Shown one piece after another: positions 33,861 to 42,531 of a stretch of DNA of 50,360 nt (the stretch's first letter is position 1; every line of letters starts with the position of its first letter). Source of the stretch: a virus (taxonomy: Duplodnaviria > Caudoviricetes); the IMG/VR virus record IMGVR_UViG_3300037743_000183, positions 1 through 50,360 of that record; one strand, given 5' to 3'. A model generated the notes under the pieces. That model saw nothing but the letters and a program-made list of their open reading frames with translations. It had not been told where the DNA came from and did no database searches. The translations under genes and the position numbers were made by a program.

Positions 33861-34399
33861 CATGCCCTCGCCGGAGACGCCATGATCACCTTGAACGGCT
33901 GCACGCCGGCCGGCTTCTCACAGTTCAGCTCGAACGGGAAGCCTGCCTTGTCCGCGCCCTTACGCCGGGCGGTCTCCACCGTGCCGGACGACAGGCACTG
34001 CCGGAAGACCCACCGCTCCTGGGCGTCGTTGGACTCCCACCCGTACATCTTCCGGGTTTCGGTGCCAAACGCCGGCGGGTCATATGTGACGAACCCGGAG
34101 CCGGTGGTGATCGTGCCCCCGTTGAGCGCACGCTTCAGGTTGGTGGCGGTGATCTCCGCCAGGGTGAAGCGGACCATGATGGTCCGGCCGGTGGGCGCGT
34201 AGCGGATCGGGTCCAGCTCTTCGGCCACCTCCACCGGGTCCACGTTCAGCTGGTAGGCGAACTCGGACCCCTCGAAGGTGTATCCCAGGTCCACCCACGC
34301 GGCCACCCACCCGGTGGTCAGGTCGGTCGGCTCGGTCGAGCCCAGGTCGGCGATCCGCAGCGTCCCCGGACCCAGGCTGATCGCATTCGGATTGCCCAT
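33860..34399 (-). CDS. major tail protein
   Basis: ISLGPG.L..W.DLGYT.EG..EITATNL..ALNGG; AAGGAG RBS. Confidence 0.85.
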   Translation of the reverse strand: MGNPNAISLGPGTLRIADLGSTEPTDLTTGWVAAWVDLGYTFEGSEFAYQLNVDPVEVAEELDPIRYAPTGRTIMVRFTLAEITATNLKRALNGGTITTGSGFVTYDPPAFGTETRKMYGWESNDAQERWVFRQCLSSGTVETARRKGADKAGFPFELNCEKPAGVQPFKVIMASPARA

Positions 34400-34411
34400 C
34401 TCTCACTCCTT

Positions 34412-34714
34412 CTACAGGTACACGTACTGGTTGAGCAGGTCGCGGGCGAACCGCTGGGCCGGCTGACGGTCGGTGCCGTACTCCGGAAACGTCAGGTACC
34501 CGTGTTCGGCGTCCCAGCCCACATCTACGGCCCCGGCGGTGCCGGAGTCCCGCGCCTCGATGCTGGCGGCCGCCTCCCCGGAGTCCCGCGGTGCCGCCGC
34601 CGCCAGCTCCCGGGCCATGTCCTCGGCGGCCCGTTCGATGTGGGCCACCACCTGAGGGTCGGTCTTCAACCCGCGCAGGGCGGCACGGTCCCACACGATC
34701 CGCACGTCAGACAT
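34412..34714 (-). CDS. HK97 gp10-like tail component
   Basis: AP.DSG.AAASI..FPEYGT..QPAQ.F. Confidence 0.8.
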   Translation of the reverse strand: MSDVRIVWDRAALRGLKTDPQVVAHIERAAEDMARELAAAAPRDSGEAAASIEARDSGTAGAVDVGWDAEHGYLTFPEYGTDRQPAQRFARDLLNQYVYL

Positions 34715-34883
34715 CGACCCGCCTCACCTTGTCATGCCAGCCGTAGGCGTCGACGTGCTCCGGGCGGACCCGGTCACCCGGGCTGTGAGCGCGCACCCCG
34801 GCCACGAACAGCGGCTCCAGCGCCTCGAACACCCCAGCAACCAGCGGGGCGGGCGGGACGTCGACGGGCTTCTTGGCGGGCAT
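34707..34883 (-). CDS. 58-aa protein, absent from ORF track
   Basis: MPAKKPVDV..GVRAHSPGDRV..YGW; GGGAG RBS; fills the gap exactly. Confidence 0.6.
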   Translation of the reverse strand: MPAKKPVDVPPAPLVAGVFEALEPLFVAGVRAHSPGDRVRPEHVDAYGWHDKVRRVDV

Positions 34884-34892
34884 CGGGGCTCC

Positions 34893-35231
34893 CTATGGCA
34901 GCTGGAGGACGGCGATGGTCAGGTTCGTCTCGACGTCGTAGGTCATCGCCACGAGCCCGTCGGCGGCGGCGAAGATGTCCGCCGGGAACGGGCCGATGAT
35001 CTTGTCACCGGTGGTGGCCGGGATCGTCGCCACCATGTCCGCCACGTCGAACTCGGCCAGCTTCCCCGCGGTGGCGAACGTGATGATCCGCGGGGACGCG
35101 TTGGTGTTCTTCGCATGTACGAACACCGACGCCCCGGGTGAGAACTTGTCCCCGCCGGCCTCGACCACGTTGTAGGTGGGCGTCACACCCGACCCGGTGC
35201 GCACCACCTGCTGAGTGACTAACGTCGCCAT
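34893..35231 (-). CDS. virion structural protein (decoration-like)
   Basis: MATLVTQQV..GGDKF..FVHAKN..IPATTGDKIIGPFP. Confidence 0.7.
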   Translation of the reverse strand: MATLVTQQVVRTGSGVTPTYNVVEAGGDKFSPGASVFVHAKNTNASPRIITFATAGKLAEFDVADMVATIPATTGDKIIGPFPADIFAAADGLVAMTYDVETNLTIAVLQLP

Positions 35232-35241
35232 GACATCTCCC

Positions 35242-35715
35242 TCACTGAACCCACGAATCGACACCGACCCGGTACGACAGGATGCTGACCGCCTGGTCAT
35301 CCACAGGGGAGTAGTCCCCCTGCCCGGACACCACCCGGGCCACACTGCTACCACCGGCCAAGTTCGGCTCGGCCAGCAGCAGCCGCCCAACCTCCGCCCC
35401 GACCGCCTCGGCCAGCTGATCCGTGTCGGCGATCCCACCCTCACCCGGTGGGGACTGGGCCACCCGGATATGCACCGTCACCGTGGCCGCCTCCTTGGCC
35501 AGCCGGTCATGAGGCCCGGACTGCACGGCCTCCTCCTCCGGCTGGTCGAACAGCACCCCCCCGCCGTACACGCACACCAGCTCCGCCGTGGCACCCGGCC
35601 ACGCGTAAGCCACCTGAACCCCCGACAGTGGATTCCCGAGCTCGGCCGCGCGCTGCTGAAGCCGGGCGATGATCGCCCGCTTCGCCGCGTACACGTTGGT
35701 GGTCAAGCGATCCAC
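35242..35715 (-). CDS. tail terminator/neck protein
   Basis: Position and size; VQVAYAWPG. Confidence 0.6.
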   Translation of the reverse strand: MDRLTTNVYAAKRAIIARLQQRAAELGNPLSGVQVAYAWPGATAELVCVYGGGVLFDQPEEEAVQSGPHDRLAKEAATVTVHIRVAQSPPGEGGIADTDQLAEAVGAEVGRLLLAEPNLAGGSSVARVVSGQGDYSPVDDQAVSILSYRVGVDSWVQ

Positions 35716-36569
35716 ACCCTCTCGAACCCGGCGCGGTGGTATGCCGCGTCAACCTCCGAGTAGCCGGTGGACCGCTTCCCAGCCGTGGTCAGCCGGTACA
35801 CCCCACCCTCGGCGACCGTGAACGACACCGCCCGGTCGGGGATCTGGGTGCGGGTCTCAGACAGCTTCGAACGCAACCGCAGGATGCCCGCGTCCCGCAC
35901 CGTCACCGGTGGCATGTCCAGGCCGTGCTCGTACTCGACGATCACGTTGCGGTGCCCGTCCGGCCACGTCGCCCGGTCGTCGCGGACCAGCACCCCCTCC
36001 GGCTGGGCGGCGACCTCCGCCAGCTCGTCCACCCCCAACGCGGTGAACACCCCACCGGCCCGCGGTGCGACGCTGGCCGCCCGGACCGCCCGCAGCTCCA
36101 CATCCGGCACGCACAGCTCCGAGGTGCCGGTGCCGTCGAGCAGCCGCCGCTTGAACCGGGGCACGAACGCCACCCCGGCGATGTCCTCGGCCTCCACCTC
36201 CACCGAGGTGCGCTTCACGGCGAGGGTGGCGGTGTCGTAGCTGGCCGCCAGCCGCAACTCGGAACGTGCCTCCGCGAGGCCGAACAGGAACCCGCCGACC
36301 ACCTCTACCACGTCCCGCACGACCACGGTGGCGCCGCCGACCAGCCCCGACCAGTCCACGGTGAGCGTGTCCACCAAGGGTTGCTCGGGCAGCTCGAAGT
36401 CGTACACCCCGGCGCCGATGCTGGTGGCCGCCCCGGAGGTGACCAGGGTCCCGTCGAGCCGTTTCACCGTGACGGTCACCGCCCCGGCCGCGTCGGTGGG
36501 GGTCTCCCCCGCGTAGAACGTGTGGGAGAGGGTGACCCGGCTGGTCGCCAGCACCCGTAGCAGGCTCAT
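35703..36569 (-). CDS. head-tail adaptor with N-terminal Ig-like extension
   Basis: FVPR..LDGTG..NVIVEYEHG..PP.V..TGYSEVDA. Confidence 0.7.
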   Translation of the reverse strand: MSLLRVLATSRVTLSHTFYAGETPTDAAGAVTVTVKRLDGTLVTSGAATSIGAGVYDFELPEQPLVDTLTVDWSGLVGGATVVVRDVVEVVGGFLFGLAEARSELRLAASYDTATLAVKRTSVEVEAEDIAGVAFVPRFKRRLLDGTGTSELCVPDVELRAVRAASVAPRAGGVFTALGVDELAEVAAQPEGVLVRDDRATWPDGHRNVIVEYEHGLDMPPVTVRDAGILRLRSKLSETRTQIPDRAVSFTVAEGGVYRLTTAGKRSTGYSEVDAAYHRAGFERVWIA

Positions 36570-37144
36570 GGCGCACCGCCCACGGTGATGACACCCCAGC
36601 CGTAGGCCGGGTGGTCAGCCGAGCGGATCTCCACCACCTGATCCGGCGGCAGCATGCCCACGAGCTTGGGCCACAGCTTCCACACCTCACACCGCAGATC
36701 CCCGGCGCTGTCGATGTCGTGGAACAGAACCAACCCACCCGGGCGGACCAGCCGGCCGTACATCTCCCAGTCAGCCCACACCCCCGCGAACAGGTGATCC
36801 CCGTCGAGCACCAGCACGTCCAACGGCCGGCCGGCGAGCTGACCAGTCAGCCACTTCAAAGTCAGCGGATCGTGCGAGTCGCCGATGTGCACGGTCGCGC
36901 CGTGGGTGTTCAGCGGCTGGCCGGAGCCGCCGCTGGCGTAGGAGTTGTCGGCCAGGGTGATGCCGTACACGTCCGGGCACACCTGCCGCCACGCCCACAG
37001 CGTCCCGCCCCGGTCGCATCCGATCTCCACCAGCACCTTCGGCTGGGCAGCGGCCACCAGCTTCACCGCGGCCGCCAGCTCGTCCCGTTTCTGAGAGGCG
37101 CGGTGCTCATCGCAGGCGATCTGGGCGATCCGCTCGGGGGTCAC
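36566..37144 (-). CDS. class I SAM methyltransferase (Methyltransf_24-like)
   Basis: LVEIGC..GGT, GDSH, LDVLVLDGDH, VRPGGLVLFHD. Confidence 0.88.
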   Translation of the reverse strand: MTPERIAQIACDEHRASQKRDELAAAVKLVAAAQPKVLVEIGCDRGGTLWAWRQVCPDVYGITLADNSYASGGSGQPLNTHGATVHIGDSHDPLTLKWLTGQLAGRPLDVLVLDGDHLFAGVWADWEMYGRLVRPGGLVLFHDIDSAGDLRCEVWKLWPKLVGMLPPDQVVEIRSADHPAYGWGVITVGGAP

Positions 37145-39126
37145 GGTGTCACCGGCCGGCAGATCAGGTAGTCGGCCTTCGCCGGCTCAGCCCGGGGACC
37201 CTCCGGGCTCCAGTGGGTCTCGTAGGTGAACGCCACCTCCCAGTCGTAACCCAGCTCGGTCAGCAGCGCCTCCAGGTCGGCGCGCTCGTAGTAGCCGCAG
37301 TAGTCGTGACACTCCACGAACAGCACCGGCCGGTGCCGGGCCAGCAGCCCAGCCATCCCCCGCAACGCGTGCAGATCCGCGCCCTCCACGTCCAGCTTCA
37401 CCAGATCCAACCGGTCCAGGTCGACCAGCTGAGGGTCGGCGTCGAGGCGCCGGGCCAGCACCGCCCCGCGGTAGCCCGGGCACTGAGCCAGGAAACAGTC
37501 GTGACCGTCATCCGCTAATACTTCAGTGTCAATGTGAGACAGCGGGATCGCCCTGGTCGACCCGCCGGACTCCTTCCCATGAGGATCGTCCAGGCTGAGC
37601 CAGGTGTACTTGTCCCACGCGGCGAACTCCAGCACGGTCACGTTGCCGATGTCGTTGAGTGCCAGGTTCCGGCGCAGCCCCGACACGGCGGCCGGGTTCG
37701 GCTCCACCGCGAACACCTGGGACGCCTTGCCGGCCAGCCGCACCGAGTAGTGACCGACGTGAGCGCCAACGTCCAGCAGCACCCCACCATCCGGCAGCAG
37801 CGGCTCCACAATCCCCAGAAGCTCGGACTCGTGCTCGCCCAGGCCCAGGTAGTCCTCGGAACCCTTACCCCGGTCCAACCACAGCAGCCCGTCGGCCTCC
37901 CGCACCCGCACCCGGGGACGCCCCGACGCCTTGGCCGCGTCCTCACCACGGCGGGTCAGCGCATCGGCCAACTGCTTCAACGCCGGCTCCCAATGCTCGG
38001 CCAGCACCCGGTCGGCGTCGTACTCCTGGGCGAACCCCCACGCCTGCGCGCGCATCTCCTGGTCGCGGGCATGCTCGTACGCCTCCTCGTACGCGTCGAC
38101 TATCGAGGCGATGAACGGCCGCCGCGCCCAAGCGCTCTGCGAGTCGTGCCACATCGGCTCCCCGGGCACCTTCCACCCGGCGCCCACCAGCTCCGGCATG
38201 CTGGTCGTATCCGACACCACCACCGGCGTGCCTACCGCCTGAGCCTCGACAATCGGCACCCCGAAGCCCTCGCCCCAGGAGCAGTTGGTCAGCACATCCG
38301 CGGCCCGGTAGATGTCGGCGATCGTCGACGCGGGCACACCCACCTTGTACGCGTACTGGTCGGTGAACCAGTACGACCCCTCGGGAAAGTCGCTGAGCAG
38401 GTGGCGGATGTCCACCCCGTACGGTGAGGTCACGTCGGTGTGGAGCGCCAGCACCGCATCCGGATGCTTCCGGCGCAGCTCGCCGAAGGCGAGGATCTGC
38501 TCGTAGAACGCCTTCCGCGCCCCGTCCTTGCCCACGTTCGCGGCGACCATAGCCACCACGAACGCATCTTCGGGCAGCCCCACCCGTTGCCGGGCCTCCG
38601 CCTTGTCCCCCGGGCAGAAGATGCTGGTGTCGATGCCGTGGGGCACGTACAGCGGCTTCAACCCGGCCTCAATGAGCGCCCGTTCCCCGAACCGGGACAT
38701 GGCGATCGGGATCGCCCCCATGGTCTGAAACCAGTCGACCACCGCCGGGGGCACGTGCTCGTGGTCGACCGGCACCCACGCGGCCACGTTCATCTCGGCC
38801 AGCAGTGGCGCGTTGAAAGTCCACACGTCCCCGAGGGTGATGATCAGCCCCTTGTCGGCCACCTCCCGGAAGCTCTTGCCGGGTCCGCCTCCGAAGTGGT
38901 CCACCGCGTGGGGCACGATCACATCCCCGCCGTAGGACTTGGCGTAGGCGGGGTAGCAGGTGATGCCCCGCCAGTTCAACTTGGTGCCCATCAGCCCGTA
39001 GTAGGCGGAGATGGCCAGGTCATGCCCCAACGCTTTGATCCGCGGGGCGAAGGTGGCCGTCTGCTGCCCGTACCCTGAGCCAACGAATGGGGCCACGCTG
39101 TGCCATAAGATCTTGATCAGACTCAC
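37141..39126 (-). CDS. GT4 (GT-B) glycosyltransferase fused to FkbM-family methyltransferase
   Basis: SGYGQQ, VPHGIDT..F.P, EGFGVPIVEAQAVGTPVV; then LDVGAHVG, EPNP, VKLDVEGA, FVECH. Confidence 0.9.
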   Translation of the reverse strand: MSLIKILWHSVAPFVGSGYGQQTATFAPRIKALGHDLAISAYYGLMGTKLNWRGITCYPAYAKSYGGDVIVPHAVDHFGGGPGKSFREVADKGLIITLGDVWTFNAPLLAEMNVAAWVPVDHEHVPPAVVDWFQTMGAIPIAMSRFGERALIEAGLKPLYVPHGIDTSIFCPGDKAEARQRVGLPEDAFVVAMVAANVGKDGARKAFYEQILAFGELRRKHPDAVLALHTDVTSPYGVDIRHLLSDFPEGSYWFTDQYAYKVGVPASTIADIYRAADVLTNCSWGEGFGVPIVEAQAVGTPVVVSDTTSMPELVGAGWKVPGEPMWHDSQSAWARRPFIASIVDAYEEAYEHARDQEMRAQAWGFAQEYDADRVLAEHWEPALKQLADALTRRGEDAAKASGRPRVRVREADGLLWLDRGKGSEDYLGLGEHESELLGIVEPLLPDGGVLLDVGAHVGHYSVRLAGKASQVFAVEPNPAAVSGLRRNLALNDIGNVTVLEFAAWDKYTWLSLDDPHGKESGGSTRAIPLSHIDTEVLADDGHDCFLAQCPGYRGAVLARRLDADPQLVDLDRLDLVKLDVEGADLHALRGMAGLLARHRPVLFVECHDYCGYYERADLEALLTELGYDWEVAFTYETHWSPEGPRAEPAKADYLICRPVTP

Positions 39127-39608
39127 CTCCCCGACTTGTCGTACCGGTTATGGCAGGTCCGGCATAGCTCGCGATAATCCGCCCGATCGCGGGTGTAGTC
39201 CCTGCCGTGGATCTTCGCGTAATCAGTCGGCCCACTTGCGCCACACTGTTCGCAGGCACCTACCTTCGGAAAGTGGTTGGCCAGATACCGGTGAACGTCC
39301 TGGTAACTGACTGCATCGCCCCTCCACTTGTTGTTGCCCTCGCCATAACGGACAGGTGGAGGAGTGGCCGCAGCGGTCCGAGAAAAGTGGCCCTGTACGA
39401 ACCGCATCGGTTGGCCTTTGCGGTACCCACGCCTAGTCACGGCGGCAAGAGGTGAGAGTTGCCCACAGCCGCACCCACAAAGCTGCTGAGTGAACTCCTG
39501 TTGTGGAACGCGACCGTTGCCCAGGTAATGACCATGCGCGAACTTAGCCCGCTCGGATACAGGCCGGCCACAGCCGCACCCGCACAGCCTTGTCGCCGCG
39601 GCAATCAC
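39123..39608 (-). CDS. HNH-like homing endonuclease with CGCGCG repeats
   Basis: CGCGCG x2; NKWRG..Y..VH..CEQCG..LCRTCH..YD; more AT-rich than flanks. Confidence 0.7.
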   Translation of the reverse strand: MIAAATRLCGCGCGRPVSERAKFAHGHYLGNGRVPQQEFTQQLCGCGCGQLSPLAAVTRRGYRKGQPMRFVQGHFSRTAAATPPPVRYGEGNNKWRGDAVSYQDVHRYLANHFPKVGACEQCGASGPTDYAKIHGRDYTRDRADYRELCRTCHNRYDKSGR

Positions 39609-40003
39609 TCGGTCACCGCCTGGGCGGCCGCGATCTCCTGCCGGAGCCGGTCGGCACCCCAACGCCGGTCCACCTTGACACCCAGGTTCTGGGCGGTACG
39701 ACGCAGCGCGTCCAGGTCATCCCCGGAGACGATCCGGGCGTCCTTCACCTCGGCCGGGTCGGCGATCTTGTCGACCGTCTCCGGGTCGGACTCCTCCTCC
39801 TCATCCGGCTCGGGTTCCAACTCCGGCTCCGGGTCGGGGTCCTCGGGCAGGATGTCCACCTGACCAACCCCAGCCAGATACCGCATGTGGGCGACCGCGT
39901 CCCGGTCGCCGTCGTCGACCACACTGACCGTGCCCTCACCAGCGGCGTACGTACGGCCGTCCGTCCACCGGCTGTTCACCTGCGTGATGGTCCTGATTTT
40001 CAT
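39605..40003 (-). CDS. acidic head-module accessory protein with C-terminal helical (Rho-N-like) motif
   Basis: EPEPDEE tract; LDALR..A..LGVKVDRRWGADRLR. Confidence 0.7.
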   Translation of the reverse strand: MKIRTITQVNSRWTDGRTYAAGEGTVSVVDDGDRDAVAHMRYLAGVGQVDILPEDPDPEPELEPEPDEEEESDPETVDKIADPAEVKDARIVSGDDLDALRRTAQNLGVKVDRRWGADRLRQEIAAAQAVTE

Positions 40004-40293
40004 GAGACACCTCGCAGGGAGTACACAACCGTGGTCGCAGACTGCATGTTGATCCCATCGAGATGTACCCGAACAAACGCGGCACCCGGAACGACATCTC
40101 TGCTGTGATACCCGGCAATCACGTCCGTTGCGTTATGCGATTCCTCGATGGTGTAGTTGGGCAAACCTGAGAACCAGTTGACGAAGGCCAAGGCCACTCG
40201 TTGTAGCCCGGCAGTGGGAATCCAGGGTCCGAAGTGGTGCTCCCCGGGCTGAACAGTCACTTCATCCTGGTCCAGGATGTCTCTAGCTGGCAT
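40000..40293 (-). CDS. hypothetical beta-rich protein
   Basis: AAGGAG RBS; follows the capsid gene. Confidence 0.6.
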   Translation of the reverse strand: MPARDILDQDEVTVQPGEHHFGPWIPTAGLQRVALAFVNWFSGLPNYTIEESHNATDVIAGYHSRDVVPGAAFVRVHLDGINMQSATTVVYSLRGVS

Positions 40294-40335
40294 TTTGTTA
40301 CTCCTTCCGTGTCTCCCTTGCGGATGGTTGAGCCC

Positions 40336-40373
40336 GGCCCCGCCGGCACATCGGGAGACAAGCCGGCGGGGCC
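40336..40373 (-). terminator. hairpin after the major capsid gene
   Basis: ggccccgccggc-14-gccggcggggcc, 12-bp stem. Confidence 0.65.
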
Positions 40374-40379
40374 AGACGA

Positions 40380-41666
40380 CTAGAGCAGGTACTTCGCGAA
40401 CGCGGCCGGGCGCATCACGTCCCCGCCGACCCGCATGTGGAACAGAAACGCGACCAGACCCAGCTCGGCGTACCGCTCATCGAGCCGCTGGACGGTGATC
40501 CGCTTCCTGTCCGCGATCACATACCCCAGGTTCGGGTCACCGAACAGCACCGACGGGTCCACCGCCGCAGCGCTGGCACCCATGGACGGCAGCCCTTCCA
40601 GGTTGAAGAACCGCTTCCCGAACAGGGTGTCCGGCTCACCCGCGCGAACGCTGGGCTGCCACAGGTAGTTCGAGTTCGCGTCCTTCAGCAGTGCGATCGC
40701 CTCGGAAGCGTCGTCACTGGCGAAGTAGGCCCCGTTGCGGCGGAACCTACTTGGAATCCGGTACTGAAGCTTCTTCAGGTCGTCGCCGATCGGGGCCGAG
40801 TCTGTGTCGGCGGTGACCGCCTGGGTGATCTGGTTCGCCGCAGAAGTAGCCCGGGCGGCCAGACCCCACGGCTTCGACACCCCGTTCCCGGCGGCGAAAG
40901 CATCGTCCTCCATCTCCGCGCACTTCTGACCCACGATGTCCTGGATCAGGGCGACAATGTTCGCGTCGGTGTCGGCCAGCTCATCGACACCGATCCGCGA
41001 CATGGCGGTCAGGTCATGCACCGACACCTCATCCACCGGAGTGTTCGGCACCACGTTCGCGTCCACGGTGGTGGCGGTGAGTTCAAGCTGCCCCCACCCG
41101 GCCGTGGCACCGGTCAGCGACCGGATATCGATCTTGTTGGAAGTGGTCGGCCGGACCAGCGGCCCGGAGCCCCGGAACACCCCCAGGTGAGGCAGGGTCT
41201 TGAAGATCGGGCCGGCGATGTCGTGGGGGACGATCACCTGCCCGGTGGCGTCCTCGATCAGCGCGGCCTTCTCTGTCGCGTCGAGCCCGTCCACCCACGG
41301 CTGACCCTTCACCCCGTGGCGCAGCGCCTTGGCGAACAGCTCGACCTGCCGCCGCTTCATCGCCTCCTCATAGCCGGAGCCGACCACCCCGTCCTTACCG
41401 GCCTGCCCGGCGGCCACCGCCGCCTCAGCGGCCAGCGCCGACGGGACCCGGTCCGGCTCCGCCCCCCAGGACTCCATCGAGTCCTGCTCCTTCTCCAACG
41501 CGGCCAGGCCCTTCAGCCGGGTGGCCTCGGTGAGCAGGGTGGACATCTTGGCCGCGTCCTCGGCCGGGATCTTCGTCGGGTCCGGCCACCGGTCCCGGAT
41601 GGTCCGGGCCAGGCTGATGCACTGCAGGGCCTTGTCCTGCAGCGCCTTCTGGGTGACTTGAGACAT
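40380..41666 (-). CDS. HK97-fold major capsid protein
   Basis: N-terminal coiled-coil delta domain; GNG..KPWG; LKDAN.NYLWQP; LDERYAE.G.V.F..RVGG. Confidence 0.95.
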   Translation of the reverse strand: MSQVTQKALQDKALQCISLARTIRDRWPDPTKIPAEDAAKMSTLLTEATRLKGLAALEKEQDSMESWGAEPDRVPSALAAEAAVAAGQAGKDGVVGSGYEEAMKRRQVELFAKALRHGVKGQPWVDGLDATEKAALIEDATGQVIVPHDIAGPIFKTLPHLGVFRGSGPLVRPTTSNKIDIRSLTGATAGWGQLELTATTVDANVVPNTPVDEVSVHDLTAMSRIGVDELADTDANIVALIQDIVGQKCAEMEDDAFAAGNGVSKPWGLAARATSAANQITQAVTADTDSAPIGDDLKKLQYRIPSRFRRNGAYFASDDASEAIALLKDANSNYLWQPSVRAGEPDTLFGKRFFNLEGLPSMGASAAAVDPSVLFGDPNLGYVIADRKRITVQRLDERYAELGLVAFLFHMRVGGDVMRPAAFAKYLL

Positions 41667-41673
41667 GCCTTTC

Positions 41674-42531
41674 TCACTCCTTGCCGAGTTCGGCCGCCAG
41701 CGCATCCAGTTGGGAGCTGACGGTTGTGGCCTCTGTGTGTGCCAGAAGCTCGGCGAGTGAGTCGGTCGGCTCGCCGCCGGGTGGGCTGCTGCCCGGCCCG
41801 GACTGACCGATGATTGCTAGAGCGTACTTCGACGCGTCGTCGGGGTCCGGCGCTGAGGCCGGGCTCCCACCGCCGTCGTTGTTGGGCTCCGTCGTGCCGG
41901 CCGGAGCGTTACCGGGGCGGTATTGCATGACCACCAACTGGTCCACGGCGTTCTTCCGCACCAAAGGGCTACCGATGGACAGCGCGGCGCGCATGTCCGT
42001 GACCCACGCCTCGGGTAGCGCCCCGGTCTTCGCCGCGGACACCATCGCCCGGTCGTTGGCCGGGAACGGGGTCAACGACACCTCCGTCAGACCCAGCTCA
42101 TGCAGGATTCGGATCTCCCGCCCGTCGCGAGTCTCGAAGGACTTCTTGAAGATCGGGGAGAAGATCGACAGGCCGGCCAGGTGACCCTCCCGGGCCTTCT
42201 GCCGAGCCTCCTGAGCCACTGGGGTAGCAGAGAAAGCGGCGGTGAACTTGAACCCGAACGTGTCCTCAGCACCCGACTTCAGCGACCCGATCACCCCGGC
42301 GGAGCTGTGCTCGTGGTCCAGCACCAGTGGGATCACCCGCTTGGAGGCCCGCCACTCCTGGAGTGTCTTGCGGAACGCGCCCCGCAACACGACGTCATCC
42401 TGCTGGTCGACGACGTTCCACACCGACGCGTAACCCTCCAGGCTGCCAGGGTCACCGTCGTCGGCCTTGGAAACATCCCACTGGATCGGGACCACACCGC
42501 CGATGCCGATCCTCAGCCACTCACCATCCAC
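41674..42531 (-). CDS. HK97-family prohead protease
   Basis: LEGYASVW..VD..DVV..GAF; DH; GLSI; EVSL..FPAN. Confidence 0.93.
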   Translation of the reverse strand: MDGEWLRIGIGGVVPIQWDVSKADDGDPGSLEGYASVWNVVDQQDDVVLRGAFRKTLQEWRASKRVIPLVLDHEHSSAGVIGSLKSGAEDTFGFKFTAAFSATPVAQEARQKAREGHLAGLSIFSPIFKKSFETRDGREIRILHELGLTEVSLTPFPANDRAMVSAAKTGALPEAWVTDMRAALSIGSPLVRKNAVDQLVVMQYRPGNAPAGTTEPNNDGGGSPASAPDPDDASKYALAIIGQSGPGSSPPGGEPTDSLAELLAHTEATTVSSQLDALAAELGKE

